Origin: a virus
Taxonomy: Duplodnaviria; Heunggongvirae; Uroviricota; Caudoviricetes
Virus record (IMG/VR): IMGVR_UViG_3300037313_001331
Strand: one strand, 5' to 3'
Length of the DNA: 64,000 bases
The position numbers were made by a program, and so were the translations under genes. This document shows positions 19,024 to 28,412 of this stretch, in pieces; the first letter of the stretch is position 1; every line of letters starts with the position of its first letter. Under the pieces are notes generated by a model. The model was not told the origin of the DNA, did no database searches, and saw nothing but the letters and a program-made list of their open reading frames with translations.

Positions 19024-19045
19024 GGTCAGTGACTCAGCACTGACC
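19024..19045. promoter_or_regulatory. double class A box
   Basis: GGTCAGTGACTCAGCACTGACC; 11 nt before ATG 19013. Confidence 0.5.
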
Positions 19046-19246
19046 CATGAAAGTTGCGACAGTTGAATGTTCAGGGCGGGGTATCGGCTTGCGTCGAGCA
19101 CGCTGCGAGCAGCCACAGCGTTCCCGACACCAAGGCGCCGCCGGAACCGGCGAGCGCCAAGAATCCGTTGGGCCACCAGAAGCCGAAGATGCTCACGAGG
19201 GCGAGCATCACGGTGCCGGCCGCGAGCCTGTCTTGCAGTTGCAGCC

Positions 19247-19756
19247 TCAAGTGATTCCATCCCCCTGCGCCAGTTGAAGAAGCGGTGTCGGGTCCAGCAG
19301 CCATTCGGGCTTCGGCTGGTCCGGCGCCCAGTCGAAAAGCTCTGCGTGCCCGGGTGCGCGCAATTCGAGGTGCAGCATGCATGGCCGTGGGCGCTTGTTG
19401 GGCGGCAGCACATGAACCACGCGCCCTAGAATCGAACCCGCACGCACGTGTGATCCAACAGCCAGGAATGGCGACTGAGCAATCTCTCCGTAGACCACCA
19501 CCCCCGAAAGACCTTCGACCATCACAGCATCCGTGTTGAGCCACCATTTGTGGCCCAGCGCACGCCCCGTGAATTGTCCGGCGTACACAACGACGCCATG
19601 CTCAACCGCCACCACCCGCGTGGCTTCAGCACAGTGCAGGTCCACACCCTCGTGAATGTGGTGCCGTCGGCGTGCGCCGAATGCTGCTGGTGACGGGGCG
19701 CGCGGGACCGGAGCGGCGCTGAGCATGTCTTGGTGCAGCGGCCATTGCCAACTCAT
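19247..19756 (-). CDS. M23/LytM-family peptidase domain protein
   Basis: HIHEGVDLH and HLHLE metal-site-like motifs with a Gly-rich core; AAGAGGAG SD. Confidence 0.55.
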   Translation of the reverse strand: MSWQWPLHQDMLSAAPVPRAPSPAAFGARRRHHIHEGVDLHCAEATRVVAVEHGVVVYAGQFTGRALGHKWWLNTDAVMVEGLSGVVVYGEIAQSPFLAVGSHVRAGSILGRVVHVLPPNKRPRPCMLHLELRAPGHAELFDWAPDQPKPEWLLDPTPLLQLAQGDGIT

Positions 19757-20358
19757 GCCCAGCTCCTCTTCGCGTTGTCGATGACTGCGCAGAGTTCGTA
19801 GAACTGTTCCATGCTCACCCCCAGCGCATCCAGCCACGTCCTGAAGTAGAGGTCCAGCTCGACCGCTCGCTGGTGCGTGCCCGCGTGATGGGTGCGGAAG
19901 TCCTTGTAGTTCTGCACCTTGTCCGCGATGAGCATGTGCTTGACCGGTGTCAGGGGCCCACTGGTGGGCTTCGTGTCGAAGCGTGCCAACACCATCCCTT
20001 CCACGAAGCCATCTTCATGGGGCATGAGGCGATAGACCTTGTCGCTGAGCCAGTTGTTCGCCTGGTTGCGGTACTCCATCATCAGTAGCAGTACACGCGG
20101 CTGAATCATGGGACCACCGCTCGTGTAGAACTCCTGATTGAAGAACCGCTTCAGGTCAAAGTCCGACTGCACGAGCGGGTGCAGCATGTAGGCCTTCACA
20201 GCCTCCACGGTGGCGCCGATGTGATTCAGGATCGCCACACCTTCGGCGATGTGGTTGATGAGCGGCACCCCGGAGCGTGCGGCGCAGTGGTTGCCGTAGT
20301 GCTCACGGATCAGGCCAATCTCGGTCCCGCACACCGCGAGCGTGTCCTTGTCGAACAT
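19753..20358 (-). CDS. hypothetical protein (201 aa)
   Basis: ATG after GGAGGAGAACTG. Confidence 0.5.
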   Translation of the reverse strand: MFDKDTLAVCGTEIGLIREHYGNHCAARSGVPLINHIAEGVAILNHIGATVEAVKAYMLHPLVQSDFDLKRFFNQEFYTSGGPMIQPRVLLLMMEYRNQANNWLSDKVYRLMPHEDGFVEGMVLARFDTKPTSGPLTPVKHMLIADKVQNYKDFRTHHAGTHQRAVELDLYFRTWLDALGVSMEQFYELCAVIDNAKRSWA

Positions 20359-20765
20359 CAGTTCTCCTCCACCAGGAACATCACCAGCACCACCTTGGGC
20401 GCTTCGACGAGGCCGTCCATGGCGAGCATGAACTCCCACTGGCCCACCGGGAAGTCGGTGTATTCGATGGCGCGATGCCAGATGCGTTCTTCGCCGAGCT
20501 TCACCTCCAGCAGCGCCGTGCGCCCCTGCAGAACCTGGATGTGAAAGCTCCATGATGTGCACCCGCCGTCATCCCAAGCCCGGCACAAGATCGGTGCGAC
20601 TTCGGTGGCGACGATGTCGAGGAGCCAGTAGGCACCGGCTGTGTCAGCGACCGCCTTCATGCCCTCGCTGAAGATGAAGCGGCGATTGAACGGGTGGCGG
20701 AAGCGGCCGTCCGATCCGCCGACGAACTGCGCCATCACGCGCTGAAGGGCACCTGCGTCAGCCAT
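20358..20765 (-). CDS. hypothetical protein
   Basis: ATGA overlap. Confidence 0.45.
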   Translation of the reverse strand: MADAGALQRVMAQFVGGSDGRFRHPFNRRFIFSEGMKAVADTAGAYWLLDIVATEVAPILCRAWDDGGCTSWSFHIQVLQGRTALLEVKLGEERIWHRAIEYTDFPVGQWEFMLAMDGLVEAPKVVLVMFLVEEN

Positions 20766-21135
20766 AGGTGATCTCTCCCAACAGGCCCACCTGCAGCACG
20801 ACATCGGCCACCTCCGCGTCCCAGTCGCCGTTCTCAGGATCGATGACGCTGTTCAGGACGTTGCCGCGAATGTCGGAGCGCACCTCCGCCTCGTTCGCGA
20901 GGATCTTGCGAATCCCGGTACGAATCGTCTCCAGGGTCGCGTCACCCCACTTGGTGGAGTCATCCTCGCGGTCCACGCAGCCGGCGATCTTGACGACGTT
21001 GGAGTCGTCATCCCGCTCCACGTCGTCACAGGCCAACCAGTAGGCGGAGCCGCCCTCGTAGCAGGCCGTGAGAAGGTCGCGGCACAGCTCGTCGGTCACC
21101 TCCAGCTGCACGTTGATGGTCTTGTCGGTGCTCAT
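20758..21135 (-). CDS. hypothetical acidic protein
   Basis: ATG 18 nt after a class B box. Confidence 0.5.
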   Translation of the reverse strand: MSTDKTINVQLEVTDELCRDLLTACYEGGSAYWLACDDVERDDDSNVVKIAGCVDREDDSTKWGDATLETIRTGIRKILANEAEVRSDIRGNVLNSVIDPENGDWDAEVADVVLQVGLLGEITYG

Positions 21136-21149
21136 TGCATTCGTGTGTC

Positions 21150-21195
21150 GTTGCGATGTGTGAATGGTCGCGGTGGGTGTTCGGCTGCGCGGGCT
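21150..21195 (-). promoter_or_regulatory. class B box copy 5
   Basis: GTTGCGATGTGTGAATGGTCGCGGTGGG; 18 nt before ATG 21135. Confidence 0.5.
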
Positions 21196-21608
21196 CAGCG
21201 CCCAGCAGCCTTCAGGATCTCGTGCTTGAGCCTCGCCTTCGCGTCGGCCAGGTCCTTCGCCTTGAGCACCACGCGGGCGGCGTAGGCCAGGCCGGCGAGG
21301 AAGCCCGTCTTGCGCACGACCCGGGCAAGCGATGCCTCCTCAGCCGTGGGCAGCAGGACGCGGTACTCCCACAGCCCCGCCCTGCCCTCGCCACGCCGGC
21401 GGCGCTCGACGATGTGACTGCCGAACTTGGGCTTGCGCAGGTGCCGCAGCTGGGCGCTGATGGAGGCCGGCGGATCCAGGGTCAGTGCCGCGATCTCGTC
21501 CAGCGTGCGCCAGTTGCCGTCCCGGAGCATCAGGTCGCGGATGCGGCCCATCTGGTCAACCAGGCGCTCCTCGTCCAGCTCAGCGTCGAAGGCCGGGCCG
21601 AAGGTCAT
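21195..21608 (-). CDS. winged-helix DNA-binding protein (candidate regulator)
   Basis: wHTH-like segment RTLDEIAALT...ISAQLRHLRK...GLWEYRV; GGAGGA SD. Confidence 0.5.
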   Translation of the reverse strand: MTFGPAFDAELDEERLVDQMGRIRDLMLRDGNWRTLDEIAALTLDPPASISAQLRHLRKPKFGSHIVERRRRGEGRAGLWEYRVLLPTAEEASLARVVRKTGFLAGLAYAARVVLKAKDLADAKARLKHEILKAAGR

Positions 21609-21772
21609 GTCAGTCCTCCGTGACCGGGATGATGACCACGCGCTCCCATCGGCCACCTTGCTTCCAGCGGTCGTCGTGCTGTTGGTCGTCGGTGTAGACC
21701 TCGGGCTTCTGCCACGTCGGCTCACCAGGCTCACCAGGCTCCGGCCACCAGATCCAACGAACCTTGCCCATT

Positions 21773-22021
21773 TCAGCCCTCCTTCGGCAACCACACCCAG
21801 GCTTCAATCCAGGTGCCCTCGTCACTCTCGGAAGTGAACGTGTCATCGTCCACCTCGATGTTGTCGTCTGAGCCCCGGGCGTATCGGCGAATGGCCGCTT
21901 GAACCTGTTCCGGCGTTGCCACCGTTGTGTTCTCGTAGGCAATACGCAGTTTTGCCAGAGCGTCCGGCGCACCGTCTCGCTCAAGCAGGTCCTTCACGGC
22001 GCAGTAGAGTCGCCACGTCAT
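21773..22021 (-). CDS. hypothetical acidic protein
   Basis: internal ATG (MTWRLYC...) chosen. Confidence 0.4.
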   Translation of the reverse strand: MTWRLYCAVKDLLERDGAPDALAKLRIAYENTTVATPEQVQAAIRRYARGSDDNIEVDDDTFTSESDEGTWIEAWVWLPKEG

Positions 22022-22419
22022 CGCGCGACCTCCGTGCGGACGTTCGCGCTGGTGACGGTGTAGTGGTCCATGTGACCCGGGCCTTGACACCAGCCGTTCT
22101 GTGCAAGGGCTGTCATGCGGGCTTCGACCTCCCAGGGCTCCAGGCTCGAAGCCTCAAGCCAGGTCCGCACCTGCTTTGTGGCCAGCTCCTCGGTCGCGAA
22201 GGCCCAGGCGCCCTGGTGCTCGTTTCCGTTCTCCACATCCCACGAGAGGATGTAGACCTCCGCCGGCTGGTTCACCCCTTTGAGGATGAACTCCACCTCC
22301 TCCTCGGTGGCTCCGTCGAGCTTTCCGACCAGCTCATGATCGCCGGCGATGAGGTACCAGGTGTCCATCCGGCGCTTTGACCGATCAGCCCGCAAGGGGA
22401 GTGTGAATGGCGCGCTCAT
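22018..22419 (-). CDS. hypothetical protein
   Basis: class A box, then GGAGAATGC, then ATG. Confidence 0.5.
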   Translation of the reverse strand: MSAPFTLPLRADRSKRRMDTWYLIAGDHELVGKLDGATEEEVEFILKGVNQPAEVYILSWDVENGNEHQGAWAFATEELATKQVRTWLEASSLEPWEVEARMTALAQNGWCQGPGHMDHYTVTSANVRTEVAR

Positions 22420-22435
22420 GCATTCTCCAAAATGT

Positions 22436-22447
22436 GTCAGTGCTGAC
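22436..22447. promoter_or_regulatory. class A box
   Basis: GTCAGTGCTGAC; 17 nt before ATG 22419. Confidence 0.5.
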
Positions 22448-22900
22448 TTACCACGATCCGCGAGAAGCGACCCTGTGCCCGTCTTCGTAGACGGTGCGCC
22501 CCTCGGGTGGGTGTGAAACCAAATGATCGCCCTGTGAGTCAGGACTGAGTGATTCCATTGTAGAGACCGCCGAAGGCGTTGCCCGGTCGGCGTACAGGCT
22601 GGGCGTGCGCGAATTGGCGATCTCCACCAGCTGGCGCCAGTACCGCTTCATCTTGTTCCGGGTGATCGCCAGCTGCTTCGGGGTCAGCGACTCGTACCGG
22701 AGGTAGCCGCGCACCATGTCCGTGAGGAACGGGGCATCGAACCGGGAGAAGCCGACGCCATTCACCTCCCGGGTGTGGTGGCCGGCCTGTTCGGCGGCCG
22801 TCTGGCGGTTGTAGATGGCGAGCAGGGCCTTGTACACGGCCTGGTCGCTTCGCTCCAGGAGTGCCTGGATGCTCTCCTTCGTGTGAGTGGCAGCGGTCAC
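22448..22900 (-). CDS. hypothetical protein
   Basis: GTG after GAAGGG, 15 nt after a class B box; the ORF-track TTG start lies inside the box. Confidence 0.45.
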   Translation of the reverse strand: MTAATHTKESIQALLERSDQAVYKALLAIYNRQTAAEQAGHHTREVNGVGFSRFDAPFLTDMVRGYLRYESLTPKQLAITRNKMKRYWRQLVEIANSRTPSLYADRATPSAVSTMESLSPDSQGDHLVSHPPEGRTVYEDGHRVASRGSW

Positions 22901-22915
22901 TTGTTGCCCTTCGGT

Positions 22916-22975
22916 GTTGCGATGGGTCAACTGTGCGAACCGGGGTTCGGCGCTGGTGCGGCTGCTGTCGATGCG
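22916..22975 (-). promoter_or_regulatory. class B box copy 6
   Basis: GTTGCGATGGGTCAACTGTGCGAACCGGGGTTCGGCGC; 15 nt before GTG 22900. Confidence 0.5.
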
Positions 22976-23336
22976 TCAGCGAACGCTGTGAGCCCGACAA
23001 CGCCTGCATGCATGGCTTGAGGCGTGGGCCCTGCCTCGCGCTTCCGAACTAGAGGTCGAGGGCGGGCTACCTGCGGTAGTTCGCGAAGCTCGCGATGAGA
23101 CTCGGCCGCGGCTTCGGCGGACCTTCGCTCAGCTCATCGTCGCCGCCTGGCTCACGCTCCCAGGAACAGCAGGCGCCGAATTCATGTGCGGGCGTGGGCC
23201 ACACCGGATGCCGACACACGAACGAGCCGCGCGCCAGGTGTACAAGATCGATGTGCCGGCAGTGCTTGCACCGACGGCCATCATCAGTCCAGACTCCGTA
23301 CATAGACATGGGGCATACTGTACATCCATACAGCAC

Positions 23337-23368
23337 AAAAAGGGCGGAGCCGAAGCCCCGCCCGTCAA
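23337..23368 (-). terminator. intrinsic terminator
   Basis: minus-strand GGGCGGGGC-TTCG-GCTCCGCCC followed by TTTTTG, downstream of gene 23392..24204. Confidence 0.6.
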
Positions 23369-23391
23369 GCCCCTCGATCAGGAGACAGTGA

Positions 23392-24204
23392 TCACGCGCC
23401 CGCGAAGAGCATCGAGTTCGCCTTCGCCAGCAGGGTGCTCTCGGGGTTGCCGACGTAGCGGCCCTTGCCGTCGGCGACGATGACCTTCAAGTCGGCGAAC
23501 ATGCTGATGGTGTTGCCCGACATCGCCCGGGCCGACGGCACGCTGTAGGGCTTGGCCAGCAGGTTCTTCATCACGTTGCCTTCCTTGCCCGTGGTGATGT
23601 GGCCCTCGTCCTTGAGCACCTTCAGCGTGCGGTGCAGGACTTCGTTGAGCGAGGACTTCTTGCCGCTGATGAACTCGATGAACAGCGAGGCGCGGTTCTG
23701 CTCCTTCTTGTTCATCTTCTTGATGATGGCCAGCGTCTCTTCCATGCGGGCCTTGACCGCCTCGGGGTCGTCGGTGGCATCCGAGACGGTCAGCACCGTG
23801 TAGTCGGACAGCACCCCGCCCACGCGGTCCTTCAGGCGCTCGGTCTTGTCGGTGTAGTGCTTGCGCGGCACCTTGGCCTTCACCGGTGCCGCGGGCGTGG
23901 TCCCGGCGGCGGGGATGACACCATCCGGGGTCGCAGCGGCGATGCTCAGCTCGACCGCTTCGGCACCGGCCACCGCCGCATGCAGCTCGGCTTCGGTGTG
24001 CGCGGGCTTCACCGCGGTCTCGACCGGCGTCGGTGCGACCAGGGGTGCGGCGCCTTCGAGATCGGCGATGAGCGCGCTCAGTGCGGCGTCGCCCGCGTCT
24101 TCGACGGCGGAACCAGCTGCGACAACGCCGCCGGCGTCGGCGGCTGCCGCTTCGACCTTCGGTGCGGCGGTCGACTTCTTGCTGGAACGAGTGGTTTTTG
24201 CCAT
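23392..24204 (-). CDS. hypothetical Ala-rich protein
   Basis: 270-aa ORF; GGAGG SD. Confidence 0.55.
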   Translation of the reverse strand: MAKTTRSSKKSTAAPKVEAAAADAGGVVAAGSAVEDAGDAALSALIADLEGAAPLVAPTPVETAVKPAHTEAELHAAVAGAEAVELSIAAATPDGVIPAAGTTPAAPVKAKVPRKHYTDKTERLKDRVGGVLSDYTVLTVSDATDDPEAVKARMEETLAIIKKMNKKEQNRASLFIEFISGKKSSLNEVLHRTLKVLKDEGHITTGKEGNVMKNLLAKPYSVPSARAMSGNTISMFADLKVIVADGKGRYVGNPESTLLAKANSMLFAGA

Positions 24205-24342
24205 AGGGCCTCCAAAAATTGGGAACTTGCAGAGCCCGCGAACCGCCCGGTTCGCAGTGTTCTCAGTGTTCGCGCTGACCGTTGGCGTGTGTCTTCAGCA
24301 CCAGGCTGTCTTCGCTCTCACCGACCGCCGCACTCGCGTGCT

Positions 24343-24390
24343 GCAGTGGTTGAACTGTCGGGCTCGGGGTTCGGCGCCGGTGCGACCGGC
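24343..24390 (-). promoter_or_regulatory. class B box copy 7 (degenerate, in the attP region)
   Basis: GCAGTGGTTGAACTGTCGGGCTCGGGGTTCGGCGCCGGTGCG resembles the 3' half of copy 6. Confidence 0.35.
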
Positions 24391-24467
24391 GAGGCTACGT
24401 TCGTGATTCGCGAATCACGAAGTGCGCGTGTGCGTGTGCGCGAGTGACACGCCAGACATGGCAGCGG

Positions 24468-24727
24468 CGTTCCCACCACGAGGCCCCACTGTTCCCACCA
24501 CCCCGGGCCGTTCCCACCATCGTTCCCACCTTTTTGCCCGGATGCAGGCGGACGGCAGCGAATAGGCGCGCAAAGAAAAAAGCCCCGTTTCCAGAGGAGA
24601 ACGGGGCTTTTCAGGATGGTTGCGGATCGTGATGAACGATCTGCTGGCGGAGCCGGAGGCTGTCCAATAGCAAGGATTGGCGCGGGTTCCCGGGGTATCA
24701 TTCCCACTTTCCCACCGCCATTCCCAC
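24468..24727. repeat. eight direct TTCCCAC(C) repeats, candidate integrase arm-type sites (attP)
   Basis: TTCCCACC at 24470, 24492, 24511, 24523 and TTCCCAC(C) at 24690, 24701, 24710, 24720, all upstream of int. Confidence 0.5.
24574..24612. terminator. bidirectional intrinsic terminator
   Basis: A-tract, then AGCCCCGT / ACGGGGCT 8-bp stem, then T-tract. Confidence 0.55.
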
Positions 24728-24737
24728 CGGCCAATTT

Positions 24738-25964
24738 ATGCCCCGTCACACCCTCGTCGCCACCACTTTGAAGGCGAAGATCGAAGCCGCACTGGCGGCT
24801 GCCAAGGACTCCCAGAAGGCCCAGAAGCTGGGCGACGGCGACGGGCTGATGCTGGTGGCCCGCCCCAGCGGCGATGCCTCGTGGGTGCTGCGGTACCGCC
24901 AGGATGGTGCACGAAAGGACCTGACCCTGGGCCGGTGGCCAACGCTGACCCTGAAGATGGCGCGGGACGAAGCGGACAAGGCCCGCAAGTCTGCCGCCAC
25001 CGGCGTCGACCCGGTCGAGGCGAAGAAGGCGGCCCGCAAAGCGCGCCCCGGCGTGGCATCGGGCCCGGACACGGTCAGGCGGCTCTTCGAGGACTGGCGG
25101 GCCAAGGAAGAGGTCAGCGCCGTCTACGCCGGCAACATCGAGGCGGCGTTCCTGAAGGACGTGCTGCCTGTCATCGGCGCCGTGCCACCCGAGGACGTGA
25201 CCCGCGAGCAGATCCTGAAAATCCTGCGGACCATCGAAGGCCGGGGCGCCGTCGACATGGTCCGCCGGGTTCGCATGTGGATGCGGCAGATGTTCGAGTT
25301 CGGCATCGAGGACGAGAGCCGCCCTGCCCTGCGCATGTCGCCGGTGCCGATGGGGACGCTGAAGTCCTTCAAGAAGTCACGCAAGAAGCGGCACTACGCG
25401 GCCATCAAGGACGCCAAGGAGGTGCCGGCGCTGATGAAGGCGATCAAGGGCATCACGGACAACTTTGTCATCCGGAACGCCTTCCTGCTGTCGGCGCACA
25501 CGTTCCAGCGGCCGACCGAGATTCGCGAGGCGACCTGGGACGAGTTCGACCTGGACGCAGGCATCTGGCGCATCCCCGCGGAGCGCATGAAGCTGGCCGG
25601 CGAGCACTGGGTGCCGCTGTCGCGCCAGGTGGTGGAGATCCTGCGCGTGCACAAGGGCGTGGTGGGAGATCAGGGCTGGCTGTTCCCGGGCCGGAAGTAC
25701 GGCCAGTCCATCTCCGAGGGCACGCTCACCGGCCGCCTGAACAACATGGGGTTCGAGGGCCGTCACACGCCTCACGGGTTCCGCGCGATGGCGCGGACCA
25801 TCGGTGAAGAGGTCCTGCACATCGACGCCAAGTACCTGGAGAAGCAGCTTTCACACGAGGTCGATGTGAGCGGGCTGCGGGGCGCCTACAACCGGGCGGA
25901 GTACTGGGACCAGCGGGTCAAGATGATGCAGAAGTGGTCGGACTGGCTGGACGCTCAGACATGA
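24738..25964 (+). CDS. int: tyrosine integrase (P4-like, N-terminal arm-binding domain)
   Basis: N-terminus GDGDGLMLVARPSGDASWVLRYR; C-terminal HGFRAMARTIG...RAEYWDQR catalytic region. Confidence 0.85.
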   Translation: MPRHTLVATTLKAKIEAALAAAKDSQKAQKLGDGDGLMLVARPSGDASWVLRYRQDGARKDLTLGRWPTLTLKMARDEADKARKSAATGVDPVEAKKAARKARPGVASGPDTVRRLFEDWRAKEEVSAVYAGNIEAAFLKDVLPVIGAVPPEDVTREQILKILRTIEGRGAVDMVRRVRMWMRQMFEFGIEDESRPALRMSPVPMGTLKSFKKSRKKRHYAAIKDAKEVPALMKAIKGITDNFVIRNAFLLSAHTFQRPTEIREATWDEFDLDAGIWRIPAERMKLAGEHWVPLSRQVVEILRVHKGVVGDQGWLFPGRKYGQSISEGTLTGRLNNMGFEGRHTPHGFRAMARTIGEEVLHIDAKYLEKQLSHEVDVSGLRGAYNRAEYWDQRVKMMQKWSDWLDAQT

Positions 25965-26121
25965 CCCGCGCCTGGTAGGCGTCGATCTCGATGTCCACCC
26001 ACCGGCTGGACGTGCCCTGCTTCACCGGGCGGGGAAACTTGCCTTCTTGGATCAGCTGGTAGATGGCGGTGCGGCCCAGGCCCACACGCTTCTGGACAGC
26101 CGGTAGTGGAAGGAACTCCAT
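25918..26121 (-). CDS. alpA: AlpA-family excisionase / transcriptional regulator
   Basis: LPLPAVQKRVGLGRTAIYQLIQEGKFPRPVK HTH; overlaps the int 3' end convergently. Confidence 0.75.
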   Translation of the reverse strand: MEFLPLPAVQKRVGLGRTAIYQLIQEGKFPRPVKQGTSSRWVDIEIDAYQARVMSERPASPTTSASS

Positions 26122-26134
26122 GGCTCACAACTCA

Positions 26135-26160
26135 GTCAGTACTGAGTCATTATAGGGAGC
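26135..26160 (-). promoter_or_regulatory. class A box plus conserved -10-like box
   Basis: minus strand GGCTCCCTATAATGACTCAGTACTGACTGAG upstream of alpA. Confidence 0.5.
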
Positions 26161-26173
26161 CGGTGGGGGCGAT

Positions 26174-26338
26174 TCAGCCGGGCTTCTGGGGCGGCTTGTA
26201 GTCCTTCTCCCACTGGTCGTAGTTGGGAGCGACGTAGCGGTCCACGGGGTCAGAGCCGGCCCGCCGGCGCAGCTCGATCTCGGCGGAGCCGTGACGCCAC
26301 GAGGTCCAGATTCCGATGAGCAGGTCGATGATCCACAT
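26174..26338 (-). CDS. small hydrophobic protein
   Basis: internal ATG (MWIIDLLIGIW...). Confidence 0.3.
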   Translation of the reverse strand: MWIIDLLIGIWTSWRHGSAEIELRRRAGSDPVDRYVAPNYDQWEKDYKPPQKPG

Positions 26339-26631
26339 GGTGCTTGCGAGGGGCGGCAGAGGAGCCACCGCCCCAGATCGTCTACTTACAGCGGACGATA
26401 GTCACCAGGCGCGCGACCAGGCAGGCCGGGGCATCCGCCACCGCCGCCACCAGCTGGGTTGCCGGCGTCCATGGGCATGCCACCACCGGTCTGCTTCTGT
26501 TCTTCCTGCGTGAGCGGACGGGGAACATTCACTGCTTTTTGCATTGTGCCTTCCTAAGGGTTGAGGACTCGGACTCCTCTCGACCGCGGCGCATTCTGGT
26601 GAATGAGCCGATGATCGCACACTGCAAAGGT

Positions 26632-26961
26632 TTACAGCTTGAAGGCCGGCGGCGTCGGACCACCCATGCCGAACCGCGGTAGCTGGACTTTCTGGGGCTC
26701 GGGATTGATCAGACGAATGTTCGGGTGGAAAGGCATCGAGCAGCCGTTGTACAGGTGCCGGCCGAAGGCATGCATCAGCGCCCACAGCTGCCAAGTGCTC
26801 CACCCTTCCGCGTCTTCTGGCGGCGCCTGGAAGGTTCGCACTTCGAGAGGCAGCCTGGTGCCGCCGTTCTGGGCGACCCAGATGGCGTGATCGGTCTGGA
26901 GCTGAGCGCGGCCCAGCGGCGTCAGGCGCACTTTGACCTGGAAGTTGATGTTGAAGTCCAT
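26632..26961 (-). CDS. hypothetical protein
   Basis: MDFNINFQ start; no clear SD. Confidence 0.4.
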   Translation of the reverse strand: MDFNINFQVKVRLTPLGRAQLQTDHAIWVAQNGGTRLPLEVRTFQAPPEDAEGWSTWQLWALMHAFGRHLYNGCSMPFHPNIRLINPEPQKVQLPRFGMGGPTPPAFKL

Positions 26962-27048
26962 GTGTGGCTTTGGGGTTGGGGCGGTACGCCGCCCGATTGT
27001 TCCGACGTGACGATCCTGACCTCGAAGGTAGCGGCCGACGTTCATGGG

Positions 27049-27324
27049 TCAGCAGCCGCAGTCCGCATGCGCCTGGCGCCAGCAGGGGCCGTCGTGCTTC
27101 TTCTCGCGCCGCGGCCACGCGAGCGGGTGGCCGCTGGACCAGATCTCTTGCAGAACGGCCGCGCCCTCCGCGTCTGTGGGTGGTCCCTGCTTCTCGGTGC
27201 GCACCCAGGCGCAGGGCTTGCTGTTCTTCATGCCCGTGTAGATGTGCGCGTCGCACTGCTCCCGGGCGCTCAGCTCACGTGCTTGCTCGCGGGAGGCGCG
27301 AATCAGTCCTTCTTCGGTGCTCAT
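27049..27324 (-). CDS. hypothetical Cys-containing protein
   Basis: 91-aa ORF. Confidence 0.4.
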   Translation of the reverse strand: MSTEEGLIRASREQARELSAREQCDAHIYTGMKNSKPCAWVRTEKQGPPTDAEGAAVLQEIWSSGHPLAWPRREKKHDGPCWRQAHADCGC

Positions 27325-27710
27325 GCATCACCTCGCAGCTTCTGGGCCATCAGCTCGATCTCGTCGGCGAGTTGCAGCAGATGGGCATGGTTGAAGTGCT
27401 GTTCGCCACCCGACGGTCGGTCGTTGTGGGCGAGGTACCGCAGCGCCTTCGGCACCATGTCATCGCAGCCGTTCGGCCAGGCCGGCAGCTTGCTCTTGCG
27501 CCTTGTGACCAGTTGCTCGACGCGTTCCACAACGTCGTCGATCTCAAACTCACGAACGCTCATGCCAACGGCCGAAACGATTCTGTAGATGCCCTGCTGC
27601 CAGCGGTCCTTTCGCACCAGCTTGCCGTCGGCGCGAAACTCGTAGTCCTCGACCTTCGCGTCCCGGAACTCGGGCATGCGGAAGTCCTGTTCGGTCACTT
27701 GACGGGTCAT
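27321..27710 (-). CDS. hypothetical protein
   Basis: ATG after GGGAGGCAACC. Confidence 0.5.
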   Translation of the reverse strand: MTRQVTEQDFRMPEFRDAKVEDYEFRADGKLVRKDRWQQGIYRIVSAVGMSVREFEIDDVVERVEQLVTRRKSKLPAWPNGCDDMVPKALRYLAHNDRPSGGEQHFNHAHLLQLADEIELMAQKLRGDA

Positions 27711-28051
27711 GGTTGCCTCCCATGGATCTTCAGCAGCTGGAGTCCCGGGTCGCCCTCGAAGTTGACGAAGCCGTCCTCCAACAGCGCCGCGACGTGCGCC
27801 TTGCAGGTCTCCAGGTCCTCGGGGTCCAGCTCCTCGCCCTCGGGCACGAAGTAGCAGACGCCGATGACCGCTTCGAGGATCTCCGCCTCGTTGTCGCACC
27901 AGGTGAGCACGTGGGTCCGGTCGTCGGTTTCGGCGACGAAGAGGTAGGGGCTGGTCTCCGACTTCGGGCGCCCGCGGCAGATACCGGGCACGACGCCCTC
28001 GCCGCAGGTCTCGCACCAGCTTGTATCCGTGAGGATTTCGTTGCCGCTCAT
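27707..28051 (-). CDS. hypothetical Cys-containing acidic protein
   Basis: ATG after GAGGCGCCC; ATGA overlap. Confidence 0.5.
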   Translation of the reverse strand: MSGNEILTDTSWCETCGEGVVPGICRGRPKSETSPYLFVAETDDRTHVLTWCDNEAEILEAVIGVCYFVPEGEELDPEDLETCKAHVAALLEDGFVNFEGDPGLQLLKIHGRQP

Positions 28052-28058
28052 GGGCGCC

Positions 28059-28412
28059 TCAGTAGCTGTAGGTGACGATGTACGAGCCGGCGGGCAGCAC
28101 ATCCTTGTTGACCAGATCCTGCAGGACGACCTGCAGGCACCACGCCTCGATGCCCTTGTGCTTCACCATCTGCTCGATTCGGCCGCGGTCCCATTCATCC
28201 AGTTCCTTCTTGCCGTCGATCTCGTGCTTGTAGTCGGTGTCGTTCGGCGACTCGAACAGCTCGATGTCCACGCCGTAGGCGGCAGAGACCACGCTCTCCA
28301 GGCCGAGCGTGCCTCCCTCACGGTTGTACGCGTAGGTCTGCCAGTAGACGTGGTAGGTCGGCTTCTGCCTGGTCGCGAGAATGCCGTGCGGGGTTTGCAA
28401 ACCGATGGTCAT
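28059..28412 (-). CDS. hypothetical protein
   Basis: 117-aa ORF. Confidence 0.5.
   Translation of the reverse strand: MTIGLQTPHGILATRQKPTYHVYWQTYAYNREGGTLGLESVVSAAYGVDIELFESPNDTDYKHEIDGKKELDEWDRGRIEQMVKHKGIEAWCLQVVLQDLVNKDVLPAGSYIVTYSY

Noticed and set aside
23067-23336. 89-aa Cys-rich ORF
   Set aside because: Its only start is a GTG sitting inside the T-tract of the upstream terminator, with no SD. It may be a real zinc-ribbon protein, but I am not confident enough to list it.
26385-26544. A 52-aa Gly-rich small ORF I initially translated by hand
   Set aside because: A base-by-base re-read showed I had dropped a G. The stretch is in frame with the Arg-rich non-coding ORF 26402..27256, so the call was withdrawn.
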